A stretch of 64,000 nucleotides of DNA from Desulfovibrionaceae bacterium (GTDB taxonomy: Bacteria; Desulfobacterota; Desulfovibrionia; Desulfovibrionales; Desulfovibrionaceae), in assembly GCA_015233395.1 (NCBI GenBank), contig JADFXV010000002.1, forward strand, positions 8,425 through 72,424. Reading direction: 5' to 3'. Below are positions 40,894 through 48,998 of this stretch, piece by piece. The notes below the pieces were generated by a model, which worked only from the letters and a program-made list of their open reading frames with translations, was not told the origin of the DNA and did not search any database. Every line of letters starts with the position of its first letter. Position 1 is the first letter of the stretch. Both the position numbers and the translations under genes were made by a program.

Positions 40894-41385
40894 ATGAACG
40901 AAACCAATTCCGCCGAGCTCAACCAGTATCTCACGTTCACCCTGGCCGGCGAACTCTTCGCCCTGGACATCGCCGCAGTGCGCGAGGTGCTCGACAACGC
41001 CGTAATCACCCGCATTCCCCGCACCGTCGAATTTTTGCGAGGCATCATCAATCTGCGCGGCAATGCTGTCACGGTCGTCGATCTGCGGATGAAATTCGGT
41101 CTGGGCCGCACCGAAATGACCGAAAACACCTGCATCGTCATCGTCGAGGTCGTCATCGACGGCGAATCCATCGTCCTGGGCGCCATGGCCGATTCGGTCC
41201 ACGAGGTGTACGACCTCGATCCCGCCGGCATCGAGGCCGCGCCGTCCATGGGAACGGTCATCGAGCCCGTCTATATCAAAGGCATGGCCAAACACGAGAA
41301 TTCGTTCATCGTCATCATCGATACGGAAAAACTCTTTTCGCTTGAGGAATTACGAGCCGTCCCGGGCATGGGCCGCGCCGCCTAG
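40894..41385 (+). CDS. cheW: Chemotaxis coupling protein CheW
   Basis: 163 aa. YLTFTLAGELFALDIAAVREVL..IINLRGNAVTVVDLR. Confidence 0.92.
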   Translation: MNETNSAELNQYLTFTLAGELFALDIAAVREVLDNAVITRIPRTVEFLRGIINLRGNAVTVVDLRMKFGLGRTEMTENTCIVIVEVVIDGESIVLGAMADSVHEVYDLDPAGIEAAPSMGTVIEPVYIKGMAKHENSFIVIIDTEKLFSLEELRAVPGMGRAA

Positions 41386-41461
41386 GCGGCGCGGGCGGCG
41401 AAACCGCCTTCCAAGCCCGGCGGCGCGACCCCAACGACCGCGCCAGATAGCGAACGCAACC

Positions 41462-42352
41462 GTGGAACATCTCGAAGATTCTCGCAAACGCCTCTTCATC
41501 GGACTGATTTCCGGCACCTCCCTGCTGGTGTGCCTGATTTTGGTTCTGCTGTGGTACATTCCCTACGTCGGGCTCAAAAACATCCACCCGTACGCGCCCT
41601 GGATCGTGGGCCTGGCCGCCGCCGCCCTCATCGTCCTGGTGCTCTGGGCCTGCCTGGGACTGCTGCTCAATCTCGCCTTGCGCCGCAGCCTGCCTTTCAC
41701 CCGCAGACTCCGGGGCCTGACCATCAAGCTGCTTTTGCCCCTGATGACGCTTTTAGCCATGGCGCTGCGCATCTCCAAGGAGCGGGTGCGCTCCTCTTTC
41801 ATCAAGGTCAACAACGAACTGGTCGCCGGCCCGAACCCGAAATACAAACCGGCCGAAATCCTGCTGCTGATGCCGCACTGCCTGCAAAACAGCCGTTGCG
41901 CCAAGCGCCTGACGTACAACATCAACAACTGCGCCCGTTGCGGCCTGTGCCCGATCACCGGCCTGCTTTCGCTCGCGCAGCGCTACGGCGTCCACCTGGC
42001 CATCGCCACCGGCGGCACCATCGCCAGGCGCATCGTGGTCCAAAAACGGCCCAAGATCATCCTGGCCGTGGCCTGCGAACGCGACCTGGCCAGCGGCATT
42101 CAGGACACCTACCCGCTGCCGGTCTACGGCGTGCTCAACGAACGGCCCAATGGCCCCTGCCTCGACACCCTGGTGCCGCTCAAACGGCTCGAACAAGCCA
42201 TCGTCCGCTTCATGGACCCTGACTGCCTGCCCGCTTTGGCCGAGGCCGACGACGGCGGCCTGGAAGCGGCGACGGCGGGCGCGGATCAAAACGCCTCCGG
42301 CGGCCAAAGGGGCATTGCCCCTTTGGAATCCCATTCAGTCAAGATGCAGTAG
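41462..42352 (+). CDS. DUF116-like membrane protein (start uncertain)
   Basis: LLLMPHCLQNSRCAKRL..NCARCGLCPI..ATGGTIARRIV..ILAVACERDL resembles DUF116, judged from memory. The ORF-track start is TTG 41342 inside cheW, so I propose GTG 41462. The last roughly 15 codons are encoded by a B-unit repeat. Confidence 0.65.
   Translation: MEHLEDSRKRLFIGLISGTSLLVCLILVLLWYIPYVGLKNIHPYAPWIVGLAAAALIVLVLWACLGLLLNLALRRSLPFTRRLRGLTIKLLLPLMTLLAMALRISKERVRSSFIKVNNELVAGPNPKYKPAEILLLMPHCLQNSRCAKRLTYNINNCARCGLCPITGLLSLAQRYGVHLAIATGGTIARRIVVQKRPKIILAVACERDLASGIQDTYPLPVYGVLNERPNGPCLDTLVPLKRLEQAIVRFMDPDCLPALAEADDGGLEAATAGADQNASGGQRGIAPLESHSVKMQ
42293..42336 (+). repeat. B-unit palindromic repeat inside the DUF116 gene 3' end
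   Basis: GCCTCCGGCGGCCAAAGGGGCATTGCCCCTTTGGAATCCCATTC. Confidence 0.85.
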
Positions 42353-42359
42353 CCCGGCC

Positions 42360-43664
42360 TTGAAATCCGCAAGCCCTTCACCCGCGCGCGACGCGGCCCT
42401 GGCCTCGGCGCTGGCCTGCCTCGGGCCGGACAAGTTCGATCTCCAGGCGGCCTTGCACGGCGTCTTGCAACAGGGCGGCCTGGACAGCCGCGACGCCGGC
42501 CTGGCCACGGAACTCGCCTATGGCTTCCTGCGGCTCAAGGGCCGCGCCGATTTCGTCCTGAGCGCCTTTCTTAAGGACCCGGGCAAACTGCCCTACGAGG
42601 TCAAACTCGTCCTCGGGCTGGCCGCCTTCGAGCTGACCCACCTAGACAAAAGCCCGGCCCACGCCGTGGTCAACTGGGCGGTCGGCGCGGTCAAGGCGCG
42701 CTTCGGCGACGGCCTGGCGCGGCTCGCCAACGCCGTCCTGCGCCGGGTGGCGGATCTGGGCCAAAGCCCGAGAGACGAGCATTTCTACCGCAAGGGGGCC
42801 GCGAGCGAGGAAGAATTTCAGGCGCGCTTTTATTCCTGCCCGCGCTGGATCGTGGAAGCCATCGGCCGCGATCACGGCCCGGCGCGGTGCGCCGCGCTGC
42901 TCGCCGCGCAGACCGTGCAGCCGCCGCTCGGCCTGCGCTTCAACGCGCTCGCGCCCGGCGCCGCCGCCGCTTACGAGGATCTGGCCTCGCTGCACGTCCA
43001 TAAGGGCCGCTTCCCGACCATGATCCTTGAAAAAGGCGAGCGGCCGGACAATACCCTCGACCTCGAAGCTCGCGGCGTTCTCAGCCGCCAGTCGGCGGCC
43101 TCGCAACTGATCGTCGCCGCACTCGAGCCCGCGGCCTGGCCCGGACCGGTGCTTGACGCCTGCGCCGGACGCGGCGGCAAGGCCTGCCTGCTCCTGGAGA
43201 GCGGTGTGACGCTCCTGGCCGCCTGCGACCTAAGCCGCCACCGGCTGCGCCAACTCGGCCGGGAACTCGACCGCCTGGGCCTGCCGCCGGTCCCGCGCAT
43301 CGTCGCGGACGCGCAGGCGCCGCAACCCTGGCGCAAGCCGCCCGGAACCATCCTGATCGACGCCCCGTGCACCGGGCTTGGCGTGCTCTCGCGCCGGCCG
43401 GACTCCAAATGGAAACGCAGCCGGGCCGACGCCGCCGCGCTCGTGCGCCTGCAAGCGGCCATCCTCGGGCGCGCCTTTGACGCCCTGGCCCCGGGAGGAC
43501 GCCTGGCTTACGTCACCTGCACCCTGCTTGCCCGCGAAAACGAACAACAGATCCGCAATCTGGCCGCAAACCGGACCGGCGTGAAAATCCTGCGCCAGGA
43601 GACCACCCCGGACAGTCTCGAACTCGGCGAATTCTTCTACGGCGCGCTGATCGAAAAAACCTGA
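42360..43664 (+). CDS. rsmB: 16S rRNA (cytosine-C5)-methyltransferase RsmB/Sun family
   Basis: NusB-like N-terminus. Methyltransferase core DACAGRGGKA and DAPCTGLGVLSRRPDSKW. No in-frame ATG lies near the expected start, so I propose TTG 42360. The start is uncertain. Confidence 0.8.
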   Translation: MKSASPSPARDAALASALACLGPDKFDLQAALHGVLQQGGLDSRDAGLATELAYGFLRLKGRADFVLSAFLKDPGKLPYEVKLVLGLAAFELTHLDKSPAHAVVNWAVGAVKARFGDGLARLANAVLRRVADLGQSPRDEHFYRKGAASEEEFQARFYSCPRWIVEAIGRDHGPARCAALLAAQTVQPPLGLRFNALAPGAAAAYEDLASLHVHKGRFPTMILEKGERPDNTLDLEARGVLSRQSAASQLIVAALEPAAWPGPVLDACAGRGGKACLLLESGVTLLAACDLSRHRLRQLGRELDRLGLPPVPRIVADAQAPQPWRKPPGTILIDAPCTGLGVLSRRPDSKWKRSRADAAALVRLQAAILGRAFDALAPGGRLAYVTCTLLARENEQQIRNLAANRTGVKILRQETTPDSLELGEFFYGALIEKT

Positions 43665-43688
43665 GTCGCGGACCCGGAGGTCAAAGCC

Positions 43689-44072
43689 ATGCCCGAAAAG
43701 AAAATCGTCGCCGCCGAGGCCGCCCCCAAGGCCATCGGCCCCTATTCCCAGGCCGTCTGGGCCGGAGACCTGCTTTTTGTCTCCGGACAGGTTCCGCTTG
43801 ACCCGGCCACCGGCGCGGTCGTCCCCGGCGCGGCCGCGCCGCAGACCCGCCAAGCCCTGAAAAACGCGGAGGCGATCCTGAAAGCCGCCGGACTTTCGCT
43901 TGCAAACGTGGTCAAAACCACCCTGTTCATCAAAAACATGGACGACTTCGCCGCGATCAACGAAGCCTACGCCGAGTCTTTCACCACGCCCTACCCGGCC
44001 CGCTCGACGGTCGAAGTCGCCAGGCTGCCCAAGGATGTACTGGTGGAAATCGAAGTGGTGGCGAAGAAGTAG
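43689..44072 (+). CDS. ridA: RidA/YjgF family reactive-intermediate deaminase
   Basis: 127 aa. APKAIGPYSQAV..LFVSGQVPLDP..ARSTVEVARLPKDVLVEIE. Confidence 0.92.
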   Translation: MPEKKIVAAEAAPKAIGPYSQAVWAGDLLFVSGQVPLDPATGAVVPGAAAPQTRQALKNAEAILKAAGLSLANVVKTTLFIKNMDDFAAINEAYAESFTTPYPARSTVEVARLPKDVLVEIEVVAKK

Positions 44073-44078
44073 AGGAGA

Positions 44079-44220
44079 CCAGGGGCGCTGCCCCTGGACC
44101 CCGCCGGGGGGCATGATGTCCCCCGGACCCCCGCGTCAGGGACGCGGCCGTGTCCCCTGACGCGGGGGTCCGGGGGCGATCATCGCCCCCGGTGGGGTTC
44201 CAAGGGGCAAAGCCCCTTGG
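44079..44220. repeat. Mosaic repeat cluster: chain of five GC-rich hairpins between convergent ridA and fliQ
   Basis: Units in order: CCAGGGGCGCTGCCCCTGG at 44079-44097; CCGGGGGGCATGATGTCCCCCGG at 44104-44126; CGCGTCAGGGACGCGGCCGTGTCCCCTGACGCG at 44132-44164; CCGGGGGCGATCATCGCCCCCGG at 44170-44192; CCAAGGGGCAAAGCCCCTTGG at 44200-44220. Confidence 0.9.
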
Positions 44221-44232
44221 CTGCGACAGCGC

Positions 44233-44502
44233 TTATTTGATGTATGTTCCCATGCTCAGGTACAGGTCGCGGGTGTAGGAGATCATCTTGTCCATGAGGA
44301 AGGGGAAGGCCAGCAGGAAGGCTAGGAACATGCTCAGGATTTTGGGCACGAAGGCCAGGGTGGTTTCCTGCAGTTGGGTGGCTGTTTGCAGGATGCTGAT
44401 GGTCACGCCCACCGCCAGGCCGACGCCGAGCAGCGGCAGGCTCATTTCCAGGGTGACTTCGATGGCCTGTCTGGCCAATCCGACCGCCATGTCAGGGGTC
44501 AT
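44233..44502 (-). CDS. fliQ: Flagellar export apparatus protein FliQ
   Basis: 89 aa with two TM helices. MTPDMAVGLARQAIEVTLEMSLPLL. Confidence 0.92.
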   Translation of the reverse strand: MTPDMAVGLARQAIEVTLEMSLPLLGVGLAVGVTISILQTATQLQETTLAFVPKILSMFLAFLLAFPFLMDKMISYTRDLYLSMGTYIK

Positions 44503-44517
44503 CGGCTTGTCCTTGCC

Positions 44518-45312
44518 TTAGGTGAACGAGTTGACCAACGAACCGATGACCAGGTTCCAACCGTCCACCATGACGAACAAAAGCAGTTTGAACGGCATGG
44601 AGATCATGGCCGGCGGCAGCATCATCATGCCCATGGCCAAAAGGACGCTGGAGACCACCATGTCCAGGATGAGAAACGGGATATAAATCATAAAGCCGAT
44701 GGTGAAGCCTGTTTTGAGCTCACTGATCATGAAGGCGGCGGCCAGCATGATCGTGGGCACTTCTTCCTTGTTCTTCGGCGATTCCATTTTGGCGATGCTG
44801 TAGAAAATGGACAGATCCTTTTCCCGGGTGTGTTTGAACAGGAATTCGCGCAGCGGGCCTTCTGCGCGCTTGAGCGCGTCGGTGAAGGAGATCTTTTCGT
44901 CCATATACGGCGTGACCGCATTTTCGTAGATGGCTTTTCCGGTCGGCATCATGATGACCACGGTCATGAAGATGGCCAGGCTGGTCAGAATCTGGGTGGG
45001 CGGCTGCTGGGCCGTGCCCATGGCCTGGCGCAGGAAGGAAAAGACCACGATGATGCGGGTGAAGCTGGTGACGCAGACCACGATCGAGGGCGCGAGCGAC
45101 AGCACGGTCAGGGCGAAAAGGATCTCCAGCAGCACGGAGATCTTTTCCGGTCCGCTCTGGCCAGCGGCCAGACTCAAGGACAGCGTCGGCGCGCTTTGCT
45201 GGGCCAGGGCCAGGACAGGGACGAAAAGCAGCGGCAGGCTACAAAGAGCCGCCGCCAGTATCGCCCGCCTTGCGGAGGCTTTCTTCAAATGGCTTCGTTG
45301 GGCCAGGTGCAT
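44518..45312 (-). CDS. fliP: Flagellar export apparatus protein FliP
   Basis: 264 aa with a signal peptide. TSFTRIIVVFSFLRQAMG..PMISMPFKLLLFV. Confidence 0.92.
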   Translation of the reverse strand: MHLAQRSHLKKASARRAILAAALCSLPLLFVPVLALAQQSAPTLSLSLAAGQSGPEKISVLLEILFALTVLSLAPSIVVCVTSFTRIIVVFSFLRQAMGTAQQPPTQILTSLAIFMTVVIMMPTGKAIYENAVTPYMDEKISFTDALKRAEGPLREFLFKHTREKDLSIFYSIAKMESPKNKEEVPTIMLAAAFMISELKTGFTIGFMIYIPFLILDMVVSSVLLAMGMMMLPPAMISMPFKLLLFVMVDGWNLVIGSLVNSFT

Positions 45313-45631
45313 CCGTCACGTCCGTCTCGGTCAAAAGATTGATGGAATGTTCGGTCACGCCGAGGACCAGCATTTTCCCCGCGAATGCGACCACGGCCAC
45401 GCCTTGCTTGGGCCCCAGCGGCAGATGCCCGACAAAGCTCACGACTCCGGGTCTCCCCCGGCCGCGAACGCCCCACTTGATGCCGTATTTCTTGAGGATG
45501 TAGTATCCGGCCAGAATCACCCCCAGCAGCAGCAGCAGCGCAAGGGAGATATGGATCGCGTTCCCGGCCAGGCTGGCGGGTTCGGGCTGGGCGGCGATCC
45601 CTAGGACGGCGGATTCGGTTGCGCTAGGCAA
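45239..45631 (-). CDS. fliO: Flagellar biosynthesis protein FliO (start uncertain)
   Basis: Single TM helix (ISLALLLLLGVILAGYYIL) in the position between fliN and fliP. The ORF-track start is TTG. Overlaps fliP by 74 nt. Confidence 0.6.
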   Translation of the reverse strand: MPSATESAVLGIAAQPEPASLAGNAIHISLALLLLLGVILAGYYILKKYGIKWGVRGRGRPGVVSFVGHLPLGPKQGVAVVAFAGKMLVLGVTEHSINLLTETDVTDAPGPTKPFEESLRKAGDTGGGSL

Positions 45632-46169
45632 GGGATTTGACCCGCTCGATCGGGCTGATGATGTCGGTCAGGCGCACGCCGAATTTCTCGTTGATGACCA
45701 CGGCTTCGCCCCGGGCCACCAGCTTGCCGTTGACGAAAATTTCCAGCGGCTCGCCGGCCAGCTTGTTGAGTTCGATGACCGAGCCCTGGCCGAGCTGGAG
45801 CAGTTCGTTGATGAGCAGCCGCGTGCGCCCGAGCTCGGCCGAGACGTCCAGCGGAATGTCCAGGATGAAGTCCAGCTCCTTGTTTATGCTCTCGGAGCGC
45901 GGCGCCTTGGCTTCGGCGGTCATGTCCTTGAAATGGGGTTCCGTGCTGCGCGTGGCGTAGTGCTGCTGCTCTTTTTCCTTGCGAAGCGACGTTTCCTCTT
46001 CGGTGGCCAGAGCCTTGGCCCATTCCTCGGCCAGCGCGTCGCCGCCGTCCGCTCCGGCCTTGGCCGTGGCGGCTTCGAAAGGATCGGCGGCCGCGCCTTC
46101 TTCCTGGGTTTCCAGGGCGGCGGCCCATTCCGCGGCGAGTTGGTCTTGGTCGACATCGTCCGGCGTCAT
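45624..46169 (-). CDS. fliN: Flagellar motor switch protein FliN
   Basis: Acidic N-terminus and a SpoA-like C-terminus: LDIPLDVSAELGRTRLLINELLQLGQGSVIELNKLAGEPLEIFVNGKLVARGEAVV. Confidence 0.9.
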   Translation of the reverse strand: MTPDDVDQDQLAAEWAAALETQEEGAAADPFEAATAKAGADGGDALAEEWAKALATEEETSLRKEKEQQHYATRSTEPHFKDMTAEAKAPRSESINKELDFILDIPLDVSAELGRTRLLINELLQLGQGSVIELNKLAGEPLEIFVNGKLVARGEAVVINEKFGVRLTDIISPIERVKSLA

Positions 46170-46217
46170 GACGGATTCCCTCTTGGCTGTTGCGTCCGAA
46201 CCGGTCGCCCGGCCCGG

Positions 46218-47195
46218 CTAAAAATGCGTTTCCTCTTCCTTGGCCACCTGAAACGCTTTGGTTTCCTTCACCTTGCCAGGAATACCCCAATACTTGAGCA
46301 CGCCTTGCACCTCGGCCGGGAGCTGATCGTCCACATCCGTATCCAAAAGCAGGATGTCCCCGGGCTTGAGCGTCATGAGCTGGCGACCGGTGATTTTGGA
46401 CTGCCCCAGACGGATGATCATCTCCACCGGCGTTTCGAGCAATCGCTCCTTGAAGCGCGCGATCCAGGCGTGGTCCACCTCCAGCCGCTCGCTCTGAAAG
46501 GAGGCGTACAGCTTGGAGCGGATGGGCTCGATGGTGGCGTACGGCAGGCAGGCGATCATCGAGCCGATGGCGTTTTCCAGTTCCACCTCGAACGTCACCA
46601 CCACGACCACGTCGCTCGGCGGCACGATGGCCGCGAACTGCGGGTTGATTTCCGAGCGCACCAGCTCGATGTGCACCTCGTGCACCGGCCGCCAGGCGTC
46701 TTCCATGTTGGCCAGGATGATGCGCACCACCCGGGAGATGATGGCCTGTTCGATGGGCGTGAAGTCGCGGCCCTCGATTTTGGGCTGGGAGCCCGCGCCG
46801 CCGAAGAAATTTTCCACCAAGGCGAAAACCAGGCGCGAATCGACCACCAGAATGGCGTTGCCGCGCAACGGATCGAGCTTGAAAATATTGATCGAGGTCG
46901 GCACCGGCAGCGAACGCATGAAGTCGCCGAACTTGGACATGTCGATGGAAATGGGGTTGACGTCCACGCGTTTGCGCATGGCGTTGGCCATGGCGTTGGT
47001 GGCCAGCCTGGAAAAACGGTCGTTGATGATCTCCAGAACCGGCATGCGGCCACGGATGATCCGGTCCTGGTTGGCCAGATCAAAGGACACGATCCCGGAA
47101 TCGTCCTCCACCAGATCGGTTTCGGTCTCGATTTCGCCGCCCGACAGGCCGCGCAGCAGGATATCGACTTCGTCCTGGTTGAGAATCTTGCTCAT
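46218..47195 (-). CDS. fliM: Flagellar motor switch protein FliM
   Basis: 325 aa. N-terminal LNQDEVDILL CheY-P binding motif and the FliM middle domain. Confidence 0.93.
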   Translation of the reverse strand: MSKILNQDEVDILLRGLSGGEIETETDLVEDDSGIVSFDLANQDRIIRGRMPVLEIINDRFSRLATNAMANAMRKRVDVNPISIDMSKFGDFMRSLPVPTSINIFKLDPLRGNAILVVDSRLVFALVENFFGGAGSQPKIEGRDFTPIEQAIISRVVRIILANMEDAWRPVHEVHIELVRSEINPQFAAIVPPSDVVVVVTFEVELENAIGSMIACLPYATIEPIRSKLYASFQSERLEVDHAWIARFKERLLETPVEMIIRLGQSKITGRQLMTLKPGDILLLDTDVDDQLPAEVQGVLKYWGIPGKVKETKAFQVAKEEETHF

Positions 47196-47216
47196 CGTCG
47201 GCCTTCCGCGTCCGGG

Positions 47217-47789
47217 CTATTGGATGACCAGTTCGCTGAAATACACCCGCACTACCTTGGGACCTTCCAGGGTCAGGTTGATCTTTTCGGCGATCTCCTT
47301 GCGCATGGACAGCTTGCCCTCCATGCTGGAAACATCTTGGGAGGTCTTCGAGGACAACAAAAGGATGATCGCGTCGCGGATAAAGACATTTTTGTCCTTG
47401 ATCTCGTTGGCCGCCTTTTCGTCGACCATCTCGGCGTCGACCCTGACTTTCATGTAGCGCCTAGCGGGCGGCGGATCGGCCAGATTGACCACGAAGGGAT
47501 CAAGAGAAACCATCAGGCTGACGGGCTTGCCGCCCTTTTCGCCTTCTTTCTTGCCTTCGTGCGACTTCTCTTCCTTTTTCGCCTCGCCGTGGGCTTCGGG
47601 CGGAGCATGCTCCTGCACGGCCGGGGCGGGCTCGGCGCCGGGGGCCGCCTCGGGCGCCGGCGCGCGGAAAAATTTCGTGTAGGCGAAAAAGCCGCCGCCG
47701 CCGAGCGCCAGCAGCAAAACGACCAAAATGATCCACTTGAGCAGACCGGATTTTTTTTTGCCTTCTTCTTCCGCTACCGCTTCGGCCAC
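47217..47789 (-). CDS. fliL: Flagellar basal-body-associated protein FliL
   Basis: One TM helix, then the FliL domain (LDPFVVNLAD..YMKVRVDAEM). GTG start 6 nt after AAAGGAG. Confidence 0.88.
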   Translation of the reverse strand: MAEAVAEEEGKKKSGLLKWIILVVLLLALGGGGFFAYTKFFRAPAPEAAPGAEPAPAVQEHAPPEAHGEAKKEEKSHEGKKEGEKGGKPVSLMVSLDPFVVNLADPPPARRYMKVRVDAEMVDEKAANEIKDKNVFIRDAIILLLSSKTSQDVSSMEGKLSMRKEIAEKINLTLEGPKVVRVYFSELVIQ

Positions 47790-47849
47790 TGGAGGCTCCT
47801 TTCAACCGTTTTCGCGCGTGAAACGCAAAATTCAACGCTTCGCATCACG

Positions 47850-48581
47850 TCATGCCGGAATAGACCCGCAAACCCTGGAGCCGAATATGTCCGCGCCAAC
47901 TCGCACCAGCGTCGCCCCTTCCTCCACGGCCGGCTCCAGATCGCCGCTCATGCCCATGGACAGGTGGGGCAAGGCCATGCCCAGCGTCTGCGCCAACCCG
48001 GCCCCGGCCTCGCGCAGCCGCGCGAAATACGGCCGCGACGCCTCGGGGTCCGCGTCAAACGGCGGCAGAACCATCAGCCCCATAAGCCGCGCCCCGGACA
48101 ACCGGACAATCCGCTCGGCCAGCCCGGCCAAACTCCCGGGCGCCACCCCGGCCTTTTGCGCCTCGCCCGCCAGATTGACCTGGATCAACATATCCTGGAC
48201 GAGACCGTGAGCCGAAGCCCTTTCATGCAAAATACGAGCCACTTCGTAATCGTCAACCGAATGCACCAGGGCGAACTTGCCAGGAAGATACTTGGCCTTG
48301 TTCTTCTGCAAAGCGCCAATAAAATGCCACTCCAGACCAAGACCGGCCAACTCCTCGCGCTTGGACAAGCCTTCCTGGACATAACTTTCGCCGAAAACCC
48401 GCTGGCCGAGCGCGAACGCTTCAGCCACCAAGGCCGCCGGAACGCGCTTGGACACCGCCACCAGAGCCACCCCGGCCGGATCGCGGCCAACACGCCCCGC
48501 CGCCCGCTCGATACGACCGTAAACCGCGGCAAGCCTGGCGGCAAGCCCCGAACCGTCGCACCCGCCGCGTGCGTCATCCAT
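47850..48581 (-). CDS. yggS: YggS-family PLP homeostasis protein
   Basis: VALVAVSKRVP..WHFIGALQKNKAKY..LSMGMSGD. Start trimmed to ATG 48579-48581. Confidence 0.88.
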   Translation of the reverse strand: MDDARGGCDGSGLAARLAAVYGRIERAAGRVGRDPAGVALVAVSKRVPAALVAEAFALGQRVFGESYVQEGLSKREELAGLGLEWHFIGALQKNKAKYLPGKFALVHSVDDYEVARILHERASAHGLVQDMLIQVNLAGEAQKAGVAPGSLAGLAERIVRLSGARLMGLMVLPPFDADPEASRPYFARLREAGAGLAQTLGMALPHLSMGMSGDLEPAVEEGATLVRVGADIFGSRVCGSIPA

Positions 48582-48667
48582 GGCTGCGTCGCATAAAACT
48601 TTTCCCTTCTCGGCCCCATCGAAAAGATAACACAATCGCCGCCGATGTAAAACCCCGGGGCGGACAA

Positions 48668-48987
48668 CCGGGGCGCTGCCCCGGACCTGCCAGGGGCGCG
48701 GACTCGGACCCGCCAGGGGCGCTGCCCCTGGACCCCGCCGGGGGGGATGATCCCCCCCGGACCCCCTCGATAAGGGAGGTGGGTGTACGGTTTGATGCTG
48801 GTGGGAATTGGGAAAGATGAAGAAGGGCGATTCGTGAATCGCCCCTACTCAAGCCGGGACTTCGCAATCCGGCGCGTCCGGCCTCAACCGGTCCCCTGTC
48901 GCGGGGGTCCGGGGGCGATCATCGCCCCCGGCGGGGCCTGGGGCAGAGCCCCAGCGAGGATTCCAAAGGGGCGGCGCCCCTTTGGCC
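48668..48987. repeat. Mosaic repeat cluster filling the yggS-topA spacer
   Basis: Units in order: CCGGGGCGCTGCCCCGG at 48668-48684; CCAGGGGCGCTGCCCCTGG at 48713-48731; CCGGGGGGGATGATCCCCCCCGG at 48738-48760; GGGCGATTCGTGAATCGCCC at 48825-48844; E-half plus GGGGGTCCGGGGG at 48889-48915; CCGGGGGCGATCATCGCCCCCGG at 48909-48931; F unit at 48928-48954; B unit in reverse orientation at 48959-48987. Confidence 0.9.
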
Positions 48988-48998
48988 CCCGAAGGGTA

